Origin: Camelus ferus | Lineage: Eukaryota | Reading direction: 5' to 3' | NCBI RefSeq assembly: GCF_009834535.1 | Contig: NC_045697.1 | Location: 116,252,001-116,316,000 of the forward strand | DNA length: 64,000 bases | In this document: positions 37,685-50,887 of the stretch, piece after piece | Layout of the letters: the number at the start of each line of letters is the position of its first letter | How positions within the stretch are numbered: the first letter of the stretch is position 1 | The notes under the pieces: model-generated | Database searches by the model: none | Seen by the model: the letters and a program-made list of their open reading frames with translations, nothing else | What the model was told of the DNA's origin: nothing | Program-made: the position numbers and the translations under genes

Positions 37685-38277
37685 AACGCCAGCAGCCTTT
37701 TCCGATACGATCTTTCATTGTCTGATGGAAGACAACACAAATCTTTTTCCTAAGTGCCTTTTCTCTGCCTTACAGTATTTTAATCAATCCACAGTTTTAT
37801 TTTTGAAAGCTTCAACCTGTTTTTCAATTAGAACCTATTCAATTGTATTAAATATAAGGATGCAAATCCCCTTTGGTTATATATTTTGAAGGATTTCTAA
37901 GCACATAATTAGCATTGTATAATTTCACTTCCAACCACGTCAAGAGAAAAAGGAAAGCGATACAGTGCTTGAATGCTTTCAGTCTCTAAAACCCAGACAC
38001 CCTCCATCATTACAAAGCTTACATTCTGTAGAGAAAAATGCCTTTCCAAAAATTGACTCAATGAATAATTTAGTTAAAAATTATCCATTTTATTTACTAT
38101 AAAGAGATATTCATCTCATGGTAGGAAACTAAGGTCATGATGAATTTATCTAGAGCTATCCAAGACATCCACTCGAAGGTAGAGTGAATTCCACCCACCA
38201 GACCCCTCTTTTTGAAATAGATGTTAAAGCTGACTCTCGACTCATTGCCAAATACTCCAAGTCAGCTGCCAGCTGGC

Positions 38278-38632
38278 TGTAGACGGCATGTTTGTCCGCC
38301 CCTACCCCAATTCCTGTGTTGAAACCCAGCCCCCAATGTGAGGGCCTTAGGAGGTGAGGCCTTAGGGAAGTGATTGGGTCTTGAGGGTAGCAGACCTCAT
38401 AAGAACGGGACTACTGCCCTCATAAGAGAGGCCTGAGAGGACTCTGGCCCCTTTTACCAAGTGAGGACACAGTGGGAAGACGGGCATCTGTGAACCAGAA
38501 AACAGGCCCTCAACAGAAACCAGTCTGCTGCTGGCCTTCTGGGCCTCCAGAACTGTGCATAGTAACTGTCTATTGTTCATAAGCCATGCGGTCCATGGTG
38601 TTTTGTTATAATGGCCTGAAAGGACTAAGACA
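38278..38632 (+). mobile_element. ERVL-MaLR (MLT1A-like) solo LTR
   Basis: TG...CA ends, ~355 bp. GTGAGGACACAG, GCCTCCAGAACTGTG, TTTTGTTATA...ACTAAGACA. Confidence 0.9.
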
Positions 38633-40534
38633 GAATTCTAAAAGACAATCCGCCTAGTGAGGAACTAGCAAGACACCTGTGTTCGGGAGTCTTCTGGAAT
38701 GAAAGTGCAGGGTGCTCAGTGCTGTGCACTGGTGAGCAGATAAGTGCAGGGTGGCCTTGAGTTTATGCCAGCAGGTGTACATGGAAACACTCTGGAAGGT
38801 CCCCTGACCAAATACATCTTCCCAAGAGTGTACAATTCTTTTTGAAAATAACTGCATGTAGTATTAATGCAAAGATATAGAACCAAATAGAAAACACAAT
38901 GTTGTGTTATGTTCATGTCATCGGAGAGCTAATCAATGCTTCCTTTTATCTCCTGGGTATGCACGTGTAACCCTTCCACGTGTAGAACTTGATCTGAAAA
39001 ATCGGTATGACTTCACAGGTGATGAGAGTTCTCTCAATGGAATCAGACTAAGACATTTCAATGAAAAGGGCTCTAAAGCAATAGACATGTCTAAACGTTC
39101 CGAATATATGTCTGTGTATATACTGAGAACTTTTAACATTTAATGTAGTTTTCATATATTGGGGAGTACTTAATTTTTTTCAATATGATTAAAATCACAG
39201 AATTTTGGGGAGGAATCCCTAAACATTACAAATGTTCAAGAGACACTTAATGTGAAAAACCAATGATGCTTTTGAAAACAATCCTGGAACCATTTTTGAG
39301 TAAGAGAAGAGGAAAATATTATTTGTCTGTATTTCTTTCAAACGAGAAACAAGGAAGAGCTACAGGAAGATCACTGACACCAGAAACGTCCTTTTTCTTG
39401 GTAATTATTCTCTAGCTCACACAACGTCACTTTTCAAATTAAAATAGAAGACATGGGGGAATTTCTTTTAAACACTAAACTGAGCACTGAGGTAGAATAG
39501 CAGTGAAACTCCTATAGATCACTTTGGTTTTCAGATGAGTTTCTGTTTTTTGAATTTCTGTTTCGATTTTAGAGACAATTTATTTGAAATGTTTTACAAT
39601 TTTCAAATACATTTTTCTGTTTCCACACAATCCTTTCGCCTTGGTAAAATTTGAAGTATGTAAACCTCTGCCACACGAAGCATTAATCATTCTCTTGCAA
39701 CCATTTTCTCAAACCAATTTTGTTGATTTGAAAATATTCATTGTTCATCTTGCTGTTCATTATTTATTCATCCACTCTTATTAATAATACATGGGCAGAA
39801 ATGACAAGCATCCAAGTTAACATTCTTAGGACTGTCTTTTGACATTATCCCAGCAAGGACTTCAGTAAACACATAAAAGCTAAAGCTTAAGGAATAAACT
39901 TCAGTGAAAAAGGGCAAGGGAAATGCCACCCTCCTGATGGCAAGTTTACTTATTTTTAGAGCACAGGGCAGTTAAATAATTACTGAGTCAGCCTGGCTTT
40001 CAGGCGGTAAACCTCCTATTTTCGCTCCGTATCTTCCCTTCTGTTGAGCTTTAAAACAAAAGCCTTGAAATTTAGCTTTGCAAAGCCACCCTCACATCTT
40101 GTCCTGCAATTGTCTTTGTGGGGTTGAGTCCTAAATAGATAAACTTAAACCAAATGGTAATTCCCTCATACATTTTTATCGACTTTTTGAGGTACAGACC
40201 ATTTAAAATGCAATTAGTCCAAAGGAACTGAACATAAATGGATAGCAGTGTAGACGGTGACTTGATTTTCAAGTGAGTAGTTTCCAAGGCTAGTCAAGAT
40301 AGTCAGGTGAGGCACTAGTTTACATGGTAAAAGGAAAAGGAAATGGTGGGGGAATTGTGGGGAAAACCTGGGTTTGGGAACAAGGCACCAGACCTGAGTT
40401 TGAGTCTCAGTTCACCTGAGTGTCAGTTTCCTCGCCTGAAGAAGGGGATAGTTAAATCTTTTTTGTATGTGTAAATACACTATCACATCATAATGACTAG
40501 CATGGAATAGGTATTTTTAAATAGTGGCTGATAC

Positions 40535-41208
40535 ACTATGGAAAACAGTATGAAGCTTCCTTAAAACACTAAAAATAGATTTACCATATTATCCGGCAAT
40601 CCCACTCCTGGGCATATATCTGGAGGAAACTCTAATCTGAAAAAAATACATGCACCCCAATGTTCACAGCAGCACTGTTTACAATAGCCAAGGCATGGAA
40701 GCAACCTAAATGTCCATCAACAGATGCCTGGATAAAGAAGCTGTGACATATATATATATATATATACAATGGAATAAATACTACTCAGCCATAAACAAGA
40801 AATAAATATTGCCATTTGCAGCAACATGCATGGATCTAGAGATTATCATACTAAATCAGTCAGAGAAAGACAAATATCACATGATATCACTTAAGTGTGA
40901 AATCTAATAAATGATACAAATGAACTTATTTACAGAACAGAAAAAGACTCATAGACATAGAAAACAAAAGTGTGGTTACCAAAGGGGAAAGGTTGGGGGA
41001 GGGATAAATTTGGAGTTTGGGATTAGCAGGTACAAACAAAAGATACATATAAAATAGATAAACAACAAGGATTTACTGTATAACAAGGAAAACTATATTC
41101 AATATCTTGTATAATGGAAAAGAATCAGAAAAAAATATGTGTATAACTGAATCACGTTGCTGTGCACATGAAACTAACACAATATTGTAAATCAACTTCA
41201 GTTTAAAA
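40535..41208 (+). mobile_element. 5'-truncated L1 with 16 bp TSD
   Basis: ORF2 end, 3' UTR and short A tail. TSD AAATAGTGGCTGATAC (40519-40534) and AAATAGTGACTGATAC (41209-41224). Confidence 0.95.
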
Positions 41209-41309
41209 AAATAGTGACTGATACCACTAAGAAGGAAAAACAGAACGACTTAAATTGCTTTTGCAGCGAAAGCAGTTGTCTTAGTTTCAAATCCATGTTA
41301 CCAATGCTT

Positions 41310-41600
41310 TCTAGACCGCAGCAGCCGGGCGGGGACCAGTCGAGGCATGACTACTTGGAAGCAGTGAAAATCGCGTCTTGTGTGCGGTTCCTCGCTTTGG
41401 AATCGCCGAGCCCGGTGCTCTGCTCTGGCGGCGCCGCACCGCGGCCGGGGTCCTCCCGGCTCCTGCGGGCGAGCGCGGTGCTTCCCCGCTGCTGCTGCCG
41501 GCTTCCCCGGTCGCGCCCGCCTCCCCGGTCCTGGGTGCCGGTGTTGGGCCCTCGCTCCCCGCAGCGCCGTGCTCCCCGTCAGCGCTAAGACATCCCCCTT
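41310..41600. promoter_or_regulatory. Orphan CpG-rich patch (candidate promoter or enhancer)
   Basis: Dense CpG and GC run (e.g. GGCGGCGCCGCACCGCGGCCGGGG) with no recognisable coding exon. Confidence 0.55.
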
Positions 41601-43176
41601 TCCCAGAGGGAAGACCTCGATTTCCATGGCGCCCATGGTGTTTCATTTCTGTCTTTTATGTACCCAGTTCTGACAAGCCAGTCATTTGGTTCAAAGGATT
41701 CGTGGGGGACCCTGCTCCACACCTCTCTCCGCATTGCAAACAAGTGTCTTGGGATACAACCAAGGGCCAGCCGTGTCCCCGGTCTCGGGGGGGTGGGGGT
41801 GGGTGGGTAGGCAAGTGTCTGTATTGCGGGGAAGGGGGTGCTGAAGTGTCTGGGTGTGGGGGCTGAGGGTTCCCAGGGGACAGGGGACGGAGGCGTGGGC
41901 CTGGGGCCGCAGCCAGGGCCTTGTGCTGTGGAGGGCTCGCCCAACAGAGGCCAAACTCCAGGGCCCTGCCTTTCATCTGAAATACAGGGTTTCTGGCTGT
42001 ATTTCTTTCCCCCAACTTGTCCCACATAGCGGTCTATTCAGATATATTGCGTGCACTTAATCCTACTCTGCCGGGGGGGTTACACAGGGTGGAAGCATTG
42101 CACAGGTGAGTTTATGCTGGTTGGTTTGCTCTGCACGGGATTGAACCCCAGCATGCACTGTGCACTTTGCACCTCCCTGGTCCCCCACAGTCCCTTGGGT
42201 TTGTCAGGGTCAACAGCCCGGACCAGATCTAACTGTTCAGAACATGCTTATCTTCCCGGTCTATACCATCTCACCCACTGCTCCCTTTTCAAGCCGCCTG
42301 TGTTATTTAGTGTCTTCCAGTGTCTCGGGGTAGTGGTCTTCCCTACTGGGGACCCAACTCCAAACCCTGGGCTTCTGGTTCTGGGCCCTCGGACAGTGGG
42401 TCACATCCGCGTGGGTGCTGGGCTGTCGACGCTGTTCCAGGCTCCTTTTCAATCCCCGACTTGGCAGCTGTCAAAGACCCTCATGTCCGCCTGTCTAGAT
42501 CTCCTTGGACTGACCGGGGAGCCCTGCCCTGCTGCCCCCACGAGGCCTTTGTCCCTCTTTGTCCCACCCTGTCGTTGAACCCCTTGCTAAAGTTCCAACC
42601 CGAGTCCATCTTCTCTGGCCTGGCTGGTGAAGTTGGAAAGCTGTCTTGGTCCTTTATATGGCAAGTGCAGAACAGACTCGATTCCTCCTGGAAGTTAACA
42701 CGGCCCACCCAGTGCTGGGGCGCTGTGCTCAGTGATCAGACCCTGCAGGAGTCTCTGAGTCCCCAGGTAGAGTGGGATTCTCTGGCCGGTGCCCCGTGCA
42801 CCTGGGGGACCCCTGAGCCTCGCCTGGACCTCCGTGGACCTCAGAATGACTGGAGAGGATGCCCTCGTGCTTCTCTCATCTCAAAGACCCTCTGAGGTCA
42901 GCCCCACAGACAAGCACGTGGCATTTGTACCCCTTTCCTGGGGAGGAAGGGACAGCACCTGCCACCCCCAACCCATCTGCTGGAAGCCAGTCCCCCACGT
43001 CTCCTCAGTGAGCCCTGCGGGGTCTCCCCTCCCAGCACCGAGGTTAGCTCCCCACAGGGTCCCAGGTGTGCTTTCACAAAACTCATCTGTGTTTTAAAGT
43101 CAACTCTTAGCAACTTCCACAGCATGTTGAACATATTTGACCCCATATTTGATTACTCCTAGACTCACATTCGTTC

Positions 43177-43297
43177 TTTTTTGGGGGCGGGTTAATTCGT
43201 TTTGTCCATTTGTTTATGTATTATGGAGGTACTGGGGATTGAACCCAGGACCTTGTGCATGCTAGGCACGCGCTCTACCACTGAGCTACACCCTCCC
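43177..43297 (-). mobile_element. tRNA-Ala-derived SINE with 16 bp TSD
   Basis: Reverse head. TSD CTCACATTCGTTCTTT (43164-43179) and CTCACGTTCATTCTTT (43300-43315). Confidence 0.9.
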
Positions 43298-44149
43298 GGC
43301 TCACGTTCATTCTTTAGGATACAGAGCCTCAAGAAAACTTGCTCTCCGGGGTCTTTGACAAAGAATAGACGGCCCCCGGCCTCCTATAGAATTCCAGTGC
43401 TCAGGGACGTGTCGCCCTGTCCTGACTCACAGGTGTCTGTCTACTGGCAGCTCTCTTAGCCCCGCTGTTGTCTTTTCTCTCCTTGCTCTCCTGGATGAAG
43501 CTGTCCCGGGGTATGTGTCTGCACTTGTGCGATCCCTCTCAGAACTCAGCTCTCACAGGTGAGGTCTACGTGCACGATGCATCAGTCTGGTGCGTTCCTA
43601 GTACGATTACATTTGCACATAGACTTTTTTAAACTCCTGCATATTCATCATAATCATTATCCTAAAGTGAAAGTGGGAAGGCAAATTAAAGGTCATTAAG
43701 GTCATTAGCCGTTCAGTGTTTTGCTTTATGCAAAGCTATAAAGATAATAGATGCGAAAGTGCTTCGTAACATACCATTCGAGTTGCCATTTCAGTTACTC
43801 CTACATTATTGCTTTTTCATAAATGTGCCAGGTAAAATTAAAAAGTATACTGTCCTCAGGATTATAATTATGCTTTTAACTAGGAATAAGCTACTCTTAG
43901 CCAGGCCTCCATTATTTCCTTTATAGCTACTTATTTTCTTTATCCTGTAATAGCTGTGGGTTTGTAGAGCGATAGGGCACTGGACACTGAGAAGAGACTT
44001 TAAAACTCTTACCCACTTCTCTGACCTTAGGCAGAGCTGCCCTCAAACTATTCAGAAAGATGAAGACACACACAAATGGAAAAAAAAGTAGAGTCAATGT
44101 TTTCCTGTTTATCAATGCAAGGCGTACATCTTTAAAAAGAAGTTCAAAT

Positions 44150-44380
44150 AAAAGCAGACATAGAGAACAAACTTATGGTTCCCAGGAGGTAAAGGGGGTG
44201 GGGAGGGATAAATTGGGAATTGGAAATTTGCACCTCTTGGGAAGAGATGGAAATAGTTATCTTGATTGTAGTGGTGGTTTCATGGGTGTAGACGTCTATC
44301 AAAATTCATCAAATTGTACACCTGGAATATGTGTGGTTTACTGGAGCCATACCACAATAAAGGTGCAAAAAAAAAAAAAA
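44150..44380 (+). mobile_element. L1 3' UTR fragments (younger piece joined to an older L1M-type end)
   Basis: CAGACATAGAGAACAAACTTATGGTT...GGGAGGGATAAATTGGGA, then TATCTTGATTGTAGTGGTGGTTTCATGGGTGTA...AAATTGTACAC and an A tail. Confidence 0.75.
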
Positions 44381-44646
44381 GAAGTTCCATGTTGTCCCTT
44401 CATTCAATATCAGATATTTCTGGTTTAACGATATAAATAATGATCAAAGGTAAAACAAGACAAATAAAAATGGTATTTCTTTTGCTAGTGCTTAGTGTAA
44501 AAAGCGTAGATTGTGGTTTGATATTACTGTTCCTAGTGATGGGTTTTCCATCCCCTTTTGCTCTAGTTGCTTCTGCCTGCAACCATGACGTTTAGAAAAA
44601 ACACCACTAGAAAATGTTCAAAACAACAAAACAAGAATTACAAAGA

Positions 44647-44775
44647 GGAGGGAGGGTGTAGCTCAGTGGTAGAGCGCATGATTAGCATGCACGAGGTCCT
44701 GGGTTCAATCCCCAGTACCTCCATTAAAAAATAAACAAGTAAACCTAATTACCTCCTCTTCCAAAAAAGAAAAAC
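44647..44775 (+). mobile_element. tRNA-Ala-derived SINE with 33 bp flanking duplication
   Basis: Near-consensus head with A and B boxes. Direct repeats at 44614-44646 and 44776-44808. Confidence 0.92.
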
Positions 44776-45348
44776 ATGTTCAAAACAACAAAACAAGAAT
44801 TATAAAGAAAAAAAGCCGAAGCCAATATAATGACAAGATGTTTTCCATAATATTCTCCTCTAGTTACTAATTCATATACTGATATCTTAAAAATTGTAAT
44901 GAAATACTCAGCATTCTTCACGAAACATTACATCATAAAGACTTCCATATTTCGACATGCTGCTGATATCTTTCATTTTAATAAATTCATAATATACTAT
45001 TCAGCACATGTACTATTATTGTTTACTTTCTATTATTATATAAGACAATGAATATGTTTGGTTACACAGTTTGCTTCAACTGACATGGTACCTTACTCAA
45101 AATTTCTAAAAAGCAATATTTTCAGGACTAGATCTAAACTTTCAGATGACTTTTCTCAATGATTCTCCTAGTTTCTCTACCATCAGGCAGGCATGAGTGT
45201 TCTGGCACTAAATGTTTCAGCGATCTGAATTTGCACGAAGTTTAGGATAGGTGTCTCTGATGTAATTAATCTTTTGGGAACCAAATAAAAGGGGGGAAAA
45301 AGATCACCTCAGCTGCTTTTCACATCAGATTATTTAAAAACTTAGATC

Positions 45349-45538
45349 GATAAACAACAAGGTCCTACTGTATAACATAGGGAACTATCTTCAATAACCT
45401 GTAATAACCTATAATGGAAAAGAATCTGAAAAAGAATATATATAAAAATATATATATATGAATCACTTTCTTGTACACCAGAAACTAACACAACATTGAA
45501 TGTTGTAAGTCAACTATACTTCAATTTAAAAAAATAAA
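45349..45538 (+). mobile_element. Short 5'-truncated L1 tail
   Basis: GATAAACAACAAGGTCCTACTGTATAACATAGGGAACTAT...AACTATACTTCAATTTAAAAA; same 3' UTR as 40535-41208. Confidence 0.9.
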
Positions 45539-46409
45539 ACCTCAGATTATCTTCAGATTATTTGAGAATGACCTAAAGTATTCTGTGAGACAATCAGTTA
45601 TCAGATTTAGCAAAAGGGCAGTCAGGAGATGAGAACACTACTCCTTGATGGCTGACTGCCCCGTCAGGACCCCTGCTCTGGAAGCCCACGGATGAAGGTA
45701 AGAATGGAACACTCTAAAGATTCTTCTCTCTTTTCTGATCTGACTGATGAAAAAATCATCGTGGCTCCAATTATTGACCATAGATAAATTCCCAGTCCTG
45801 AGTCCTGGCTCTGAGGCAGCAGAAAGTGGGAGGTGCACGGGCCACAGACTCTGAGGACCTGGGTTCAAGCCCCTCCCCTGTGCTAATGTTTGACCTTGGA
45901 ATCTGCTTATCTGCATGGTGAGAAAAGCAGCATCTGTCTGCCAAGGCTCTGTGGACGATGTGAAGAGAATTCACTCCAAAGGGCCCAGAACGAAGGGCCT
46001 CCTTGATGTGAATCCCTCTCTTTCTTTCCTCTCCAATCTGGGCTCCACCTTTCTCGCCCCACCCACCGTGGACTCCCTAGCTCACCGGCTGTTTTTCTGT
46101 TTCTGGACCTCTGCTTTTTCTAGTTTGTCCATCCCATGCTTGTTCCTCAAATCTCTACGTTCCTACTGAAGACCCGGGTAGGAGGCCCTTCCAGACTGCT
46201 TGCCCTGACGGAAACCAACTTCTCTCCTCAGCCACCATCTGCCTCCCAGACTCTCTGTATGTGAGGCTGCATCCAGGCATCACAGGTCCCTTAGAAGTGG
46301 GGCCCGCGTCTCAACGCTTCATCACCTCCCACGATGTAAGTGCGTTTGTATCATTGGTTTTATTTAATTCTATCCTGTTAGACTGTGTGCTTTGTTCTCC
46401 TGCTCTTCC

Positions 46410-46508
46410 TTTATTTTAAAAAATTTTTATTATTTATTATTATTATTTTTAATGGAGGTGCTGGGGATTGAACCCAGGACCTCTTGCATGCTGAGCTACA
46501 CCCTCCCC
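46410..46508 (-). mobile_element. tRNA-Ala-derived SINE with internal deletion
   Basis: ...GGACCTCTTGCATGCTGAGCTACACCCTCCCC lacks the AAGCATGTGCTCTACCACT segment seen in sibling copies. Confidence 0.85.
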
Positions 46509-48020
46509 ACTTCTGCCTCTATTCCTTCTGTTTTATATGCAGTGACACTACACTGAGCGTATCTGCCGACAATAGAATTGGAAGACTGTAGACTTTCCCC
46601 TAACCTCCAAACTGGCACACAGAAATCTCAAAAAGCAAACACAATGAATGAGTTTTAAGGAAGGGAGGGGGGTAAAAAAACACCTAACTTGCGCCTAAAC
46701 CTGTCTGTTTTGGGATGGAGGCCAAACACAGGGGGCCCAAGACTCTTCCAGCATTCCATCTATTATTTATGTAGTGTGCGCTGCTGTAGTGTCTAAGCCC
46801 TTGGCAATGAAATGCAACATACCTCTGGGAGTGAAAAAGGAAATGAGGAAGGGGAGTGGGGGGAGGTGCTGGAACATCGGTTATCTCTGTGAGCCGGAGA
46901 GACCTCGGCTGACCCCCGCGGCCCCTCCCTGCCTGCCACAGGTGGGAACAGCGTATCGGTCACCGTCAGTGGCGTAAATTCACATCAGGAGCTGGAAGCC
47001 AACCTTTGCAGAAAAAGTTTTCTTTTTCCTTTGCTTGAAAATCGGTACAGTGCTCGGGAAGGAAGGGACTGCTGCTTCTCGGGTACCCACCCTGAAATTC
47101 AGAATCTGATCGGGAGGTAATTGGTACTGATGCTCAGCGTAGAAACCTCACCAGTCAAGATTTGTGTCGTTGTCTTTCCTTGTGGCAACAGAGACTCCAG
47201 ATGCTAAAGCTTCTGGGTGCGGAGTTTTCTTCGTCTGGTTCAGTTGCCTGTGGCCTTGGAAGTTCCCAAAAGGGAGAAGGAAAGGATAGAGTCAGGTGTC
47301 ATCCAAGCAGCATGGACACCCTGTGTCCTGCCACGCGTCGCACTGGCAGCCCCACAGACACACGTGCATCGAGGCTCAACATGCTTGTCTTCTAACTGAA
47401 TCCTTTGTCGTTCCTGATCGCACGCCCTTCCTCGAGGAGGTCTAAGGAACCCTCAGGACTGCTTCTGAAACAGAAAAGCATTCAAACACTTGGACCCAGA
47501 CCTCCACATATCTGATGGCTTTAAATGTGGTCCTTGGGCAAAGGCAAACTTTATGGAGTGAGGCGGGGGGCTTTGATAAACCTCTTCAGTCCTGCAGACA
47601 TTCTTGTGGAAGCCTTGGACCAGGGGGATAAGTTAAATAGAGATGCCACTGCCTGGGGTGTCCAATATTCCCCTGTGTGATTAAAAATGCTGACTCCAGT
47701 GAAAGCGGAGCACACACTGTAAAGATTGTCACCGTTTGGAGCGTCTTCTGGGTGATGAGGGTAGGATGGGAGGGGCTAGGGAGCAAGATCACGGAAGATG
47801 TCAGTTCCTCCAGAGAGGCTGGATTCAGCAACTCGCCCAGAGAAGGACAGGTGGGCAAGAGAGGGGCTGAGCAGCTGAGCTTCAACAAGGATTTTAGAAC
47901 CCAAGTGGAAATCCCATTCTGTCTGTCATGTCCCTGGGAAATGGCTTACCTTTCAATGAGCATGTGCCCTATACCCACTGCACCCCTAAGTCCACATCAC
48001 CATAGCTTTCGTTGTCAAGG

Positions 48021-48112
48021 TTTATTTATGTTTTATTTAATGGAGGTACTGGGGATTGAACCTGGGACCTCGTGCATGCTAAGCACACACTCTACCGCTC
48101 AGCCACACTCTC
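48021..48112 (-). mobile_element. tRNA-Ala-derived SINE
   Basis: TAATGGAGGTACTGGGGATTGAACCTGGGACCTCGTGCATGCTAAGC... Confidence 0.88.
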
Positions 48113-49114
48113 GCCGGCGGCAGTTTTCTGATCGCAGCCGCCTTGAGGAAGGTTAGGGAAGCAGGTGTGTGTGTTTTGGGGGGTGGATTGGAGAGAGCGG
48201 TGTTAGCATACAAGGAAGAGGCTGAGTGAGGTCTGGAGGAGGAGACAGGGGCAGTCAGAAGGGGCTTGTGGCGCACGCAGTCTCTGCCCTCTGACTCGGT
48301 GGGAGTTGGGGCTGTGTTTCCGCACCCGTATAAGATGGGGGAGGGACGGAACAGCAGGGAATGTCATTATTACATGGATTTTAGAGAAAGAGTTGAGCTG
48401 GCATGATCGTAAGCTGGGATAAGAACTGCTATAGTATGGATCTGTTTCTAATCAAAGACAAGCAAGAAAAAAGGAAGCGAGGGAAAAAGGAAAGAAAATC
48501 TCTGCTGGTCTGTTCCTTGCCACTCACAGCTCCAGTCTGCTGAGAACGATCATGGTCAGGGGGACCGTGGTCCACGACTCCCAGGAATGGCCCTAAGTGA
48601 TGGGGAGTGCAGAGGAATCAGAAACAAAACAACCTTGGAGCTTTCGGGAGCCACGTCAGCTCCCGGGAGGAGCTGTGGGTCAGGGGGACCCCAGGATGTG
48701 AGGTCCTGGGTCCCAGGTCCCGGCCACCCTAGTGTCCTCCTGGGTGTCCTTACAAACTCGGAAATCAATCTATCACCCATCCATGTCTGTCTGTATTTTA
48801 CAAGAGGGCACGTACAGTAGATAACACTTAACACAAAAGAATGACCAACAAAAACTTGCAGCCACGTGATTCACTGTGTACTCTCTCTCCAATCATTAAA
48901 AAAAAAAAAAAAACAACACTGGGAGGACAGAGGGTGGCATCACCACCCCATCTGCAGAAATGAAGGTGGAGGCTAATATCTACAAGGTCACACAGTTAGA
49001 AAGTGGAGAAGCCAGGTGCTAAGCCCAAAACTTTCCAGCATTTCCAGTCTGCTTTACCCTGCACAACTGGGCAGTTGAAGTCTGTGGCATCTGGGTAGAA
49101 AAACCTTTTATTAT

Positions 49115-49125
49115 GCGTGTGTGTA

Positions 49126-49157
<32 letters not shown>
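49115..49157. repeat. (TG)n microsatellite
   Basis: Direct reading. Confidence 0.95.
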
Positions 49158-49159
<2 letters not shown>

Positions 49160-50887
49160 CAGGATCTCCTGAAATCAGGGGATACGGAAAGCTCTGCTCA
49201 GTGCTGGCTGATTATCACCCTGCAGGAATGTGAGCCCCAAAGAAATCAGAACCTTGCACAAATGGAACCCCCTGGCTACCTCTGGGAAGCTCCTGCCTTT
49301 GATCGGCGTCCTTGGCTCCTTCCCAGTTGCTCCCCGAGATGTACTGGTAACTCTATCAAGTCTGCACTCTCTTCCTACACCTTTCTCTCCAACAGACTCA
49401 CCTGGTCTGAACGTCTGCCCTGGGTTCCTCATCTCCTCTGCCAGTTTCCCTCCATCTAATTCATTTCCAGTATTTGGGGGTTGGGGGTGGGACACTTGGA
49501 AAGTGGTAGCAAGGGAGGTTTGTGCTGTTTGCTGGTTTTAGCATCCTGACCTGGGGTGAACTGGGCAGGAGACAGCTGGAGGGGGTGCTGCAGGGAAGGA
49601 AGAGCAGGAAGGGTGAGGCAGCATCACGCACAGGCGCTGCCCTTGCAGACAGGAAATGAAAGGATGGAGCTGATGCATTCTCAGTAAATATTAAACAGCA
49701 ATGAACTAGAGAGTGATAGTTCACAAGGACGCAGAGACATAAGCATGTGGTGGTTGGCTGTGTTCTGGCACGCACCTGGGTCCTAGAGCTTTTTAACACA
49801 TCTCTATTGACACTGCAGACAGTTTCACTTGGCCAAGAGAAAACCCTGAGTGATGAACCCAAGGCAAATGTTCCTGCTATTACAGAAACAAATAAATGGT
49901 GGAGGAAGGGTGACAAGAAAAGAAAGAAACTCATTTCCATCCTTCCGAGTAGATGTTACATCTCGTGGCAGATAAGATTTCATTAATTAGCAGTGAGAGA
50001 TTTGGGAACTAGCCACGGTGTAAATGGTCTCTGCTCTACATTCGGTAATGAAAGTGCTTTAGTGGTGCTTCAGTAATTCAGGCAACAGGGTTTCGCAGCT
50101 CGTTTTGTGTGCACAGTGGGGGGAGGCAAGGAAACGGTAGATGCAATCTTTTCTTCTGAGCGGTTTACAGTCTAGTCGTATCAGATTTGCAAAAGGACAA
50201 AGAACTCCCCAGAAGCCCACAACAAATCTTAAACAGTTTCAAGCAATAAAACAAATAAAAATCTCTGAACTAGACACCTCTCCCAGAAAACGTAGCACTT
50301 TACATTCATCTGAACATAATTCAAACCACGTTTACTAAAACTATTCCCCTGTTATACAGCCAGTGTGTTTTTATGTTTCTTCAAGGAAATGCAAAGAATA
50401 GCATTTTCTTGGAAGCATCGTTCAGATTTTACACACTAAATTTATACTTCTCTAATCTTAAGGCTGAGTCTAGGCTAGAGGTTTCCATGACTATATACAG
50501 CGATCCTTTCTACTAACTCACAAATCTTTTCCCACCATCTTCATTTTAATGACGATAATCACGCTACCCTGATTTTCATACATATTTTACGTGTTAAAAA
50601 TGCTACCCCTTTTCTCTCCCATTCAGTTCAGCAGGCCAGCACTTAAGTTAGGTCATCGCACCTTTCTTCCCACTTCTCAAGCCTACTGGGGTCATCAGTG
50701 AGCACAAACAGTCAAAACAGAAAACAGAACCAAGGTCTCACCACCCAGGAAGAAGAATGAAATCCAGATGCTGTCAAATTAAGAGAAGTTTGATTAATGT
50801 CACTGTTAACTTTATTTTCACTGCTTCCCCGGCTGGGTCAAAAAAAGCAGTCTGGGCCAGAGTAATAAGCTGACACTGAGGGGCGTC

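Noticed and set aside
41214..43146. Cluster of 100-190 aa ORFs near the orphan CpG patch
   Set aside because: No recognisable homology, consistent frame or exon structure; GC-driven.
44650..44725. Apparent tRNA-Ala genes (also 33755, 7755, 52205)
   Set aside because: They carry SINE tails and TSDs, are multi-copy with scattered mutations, and lack an immediate poly-T terminator; called as SINEs.
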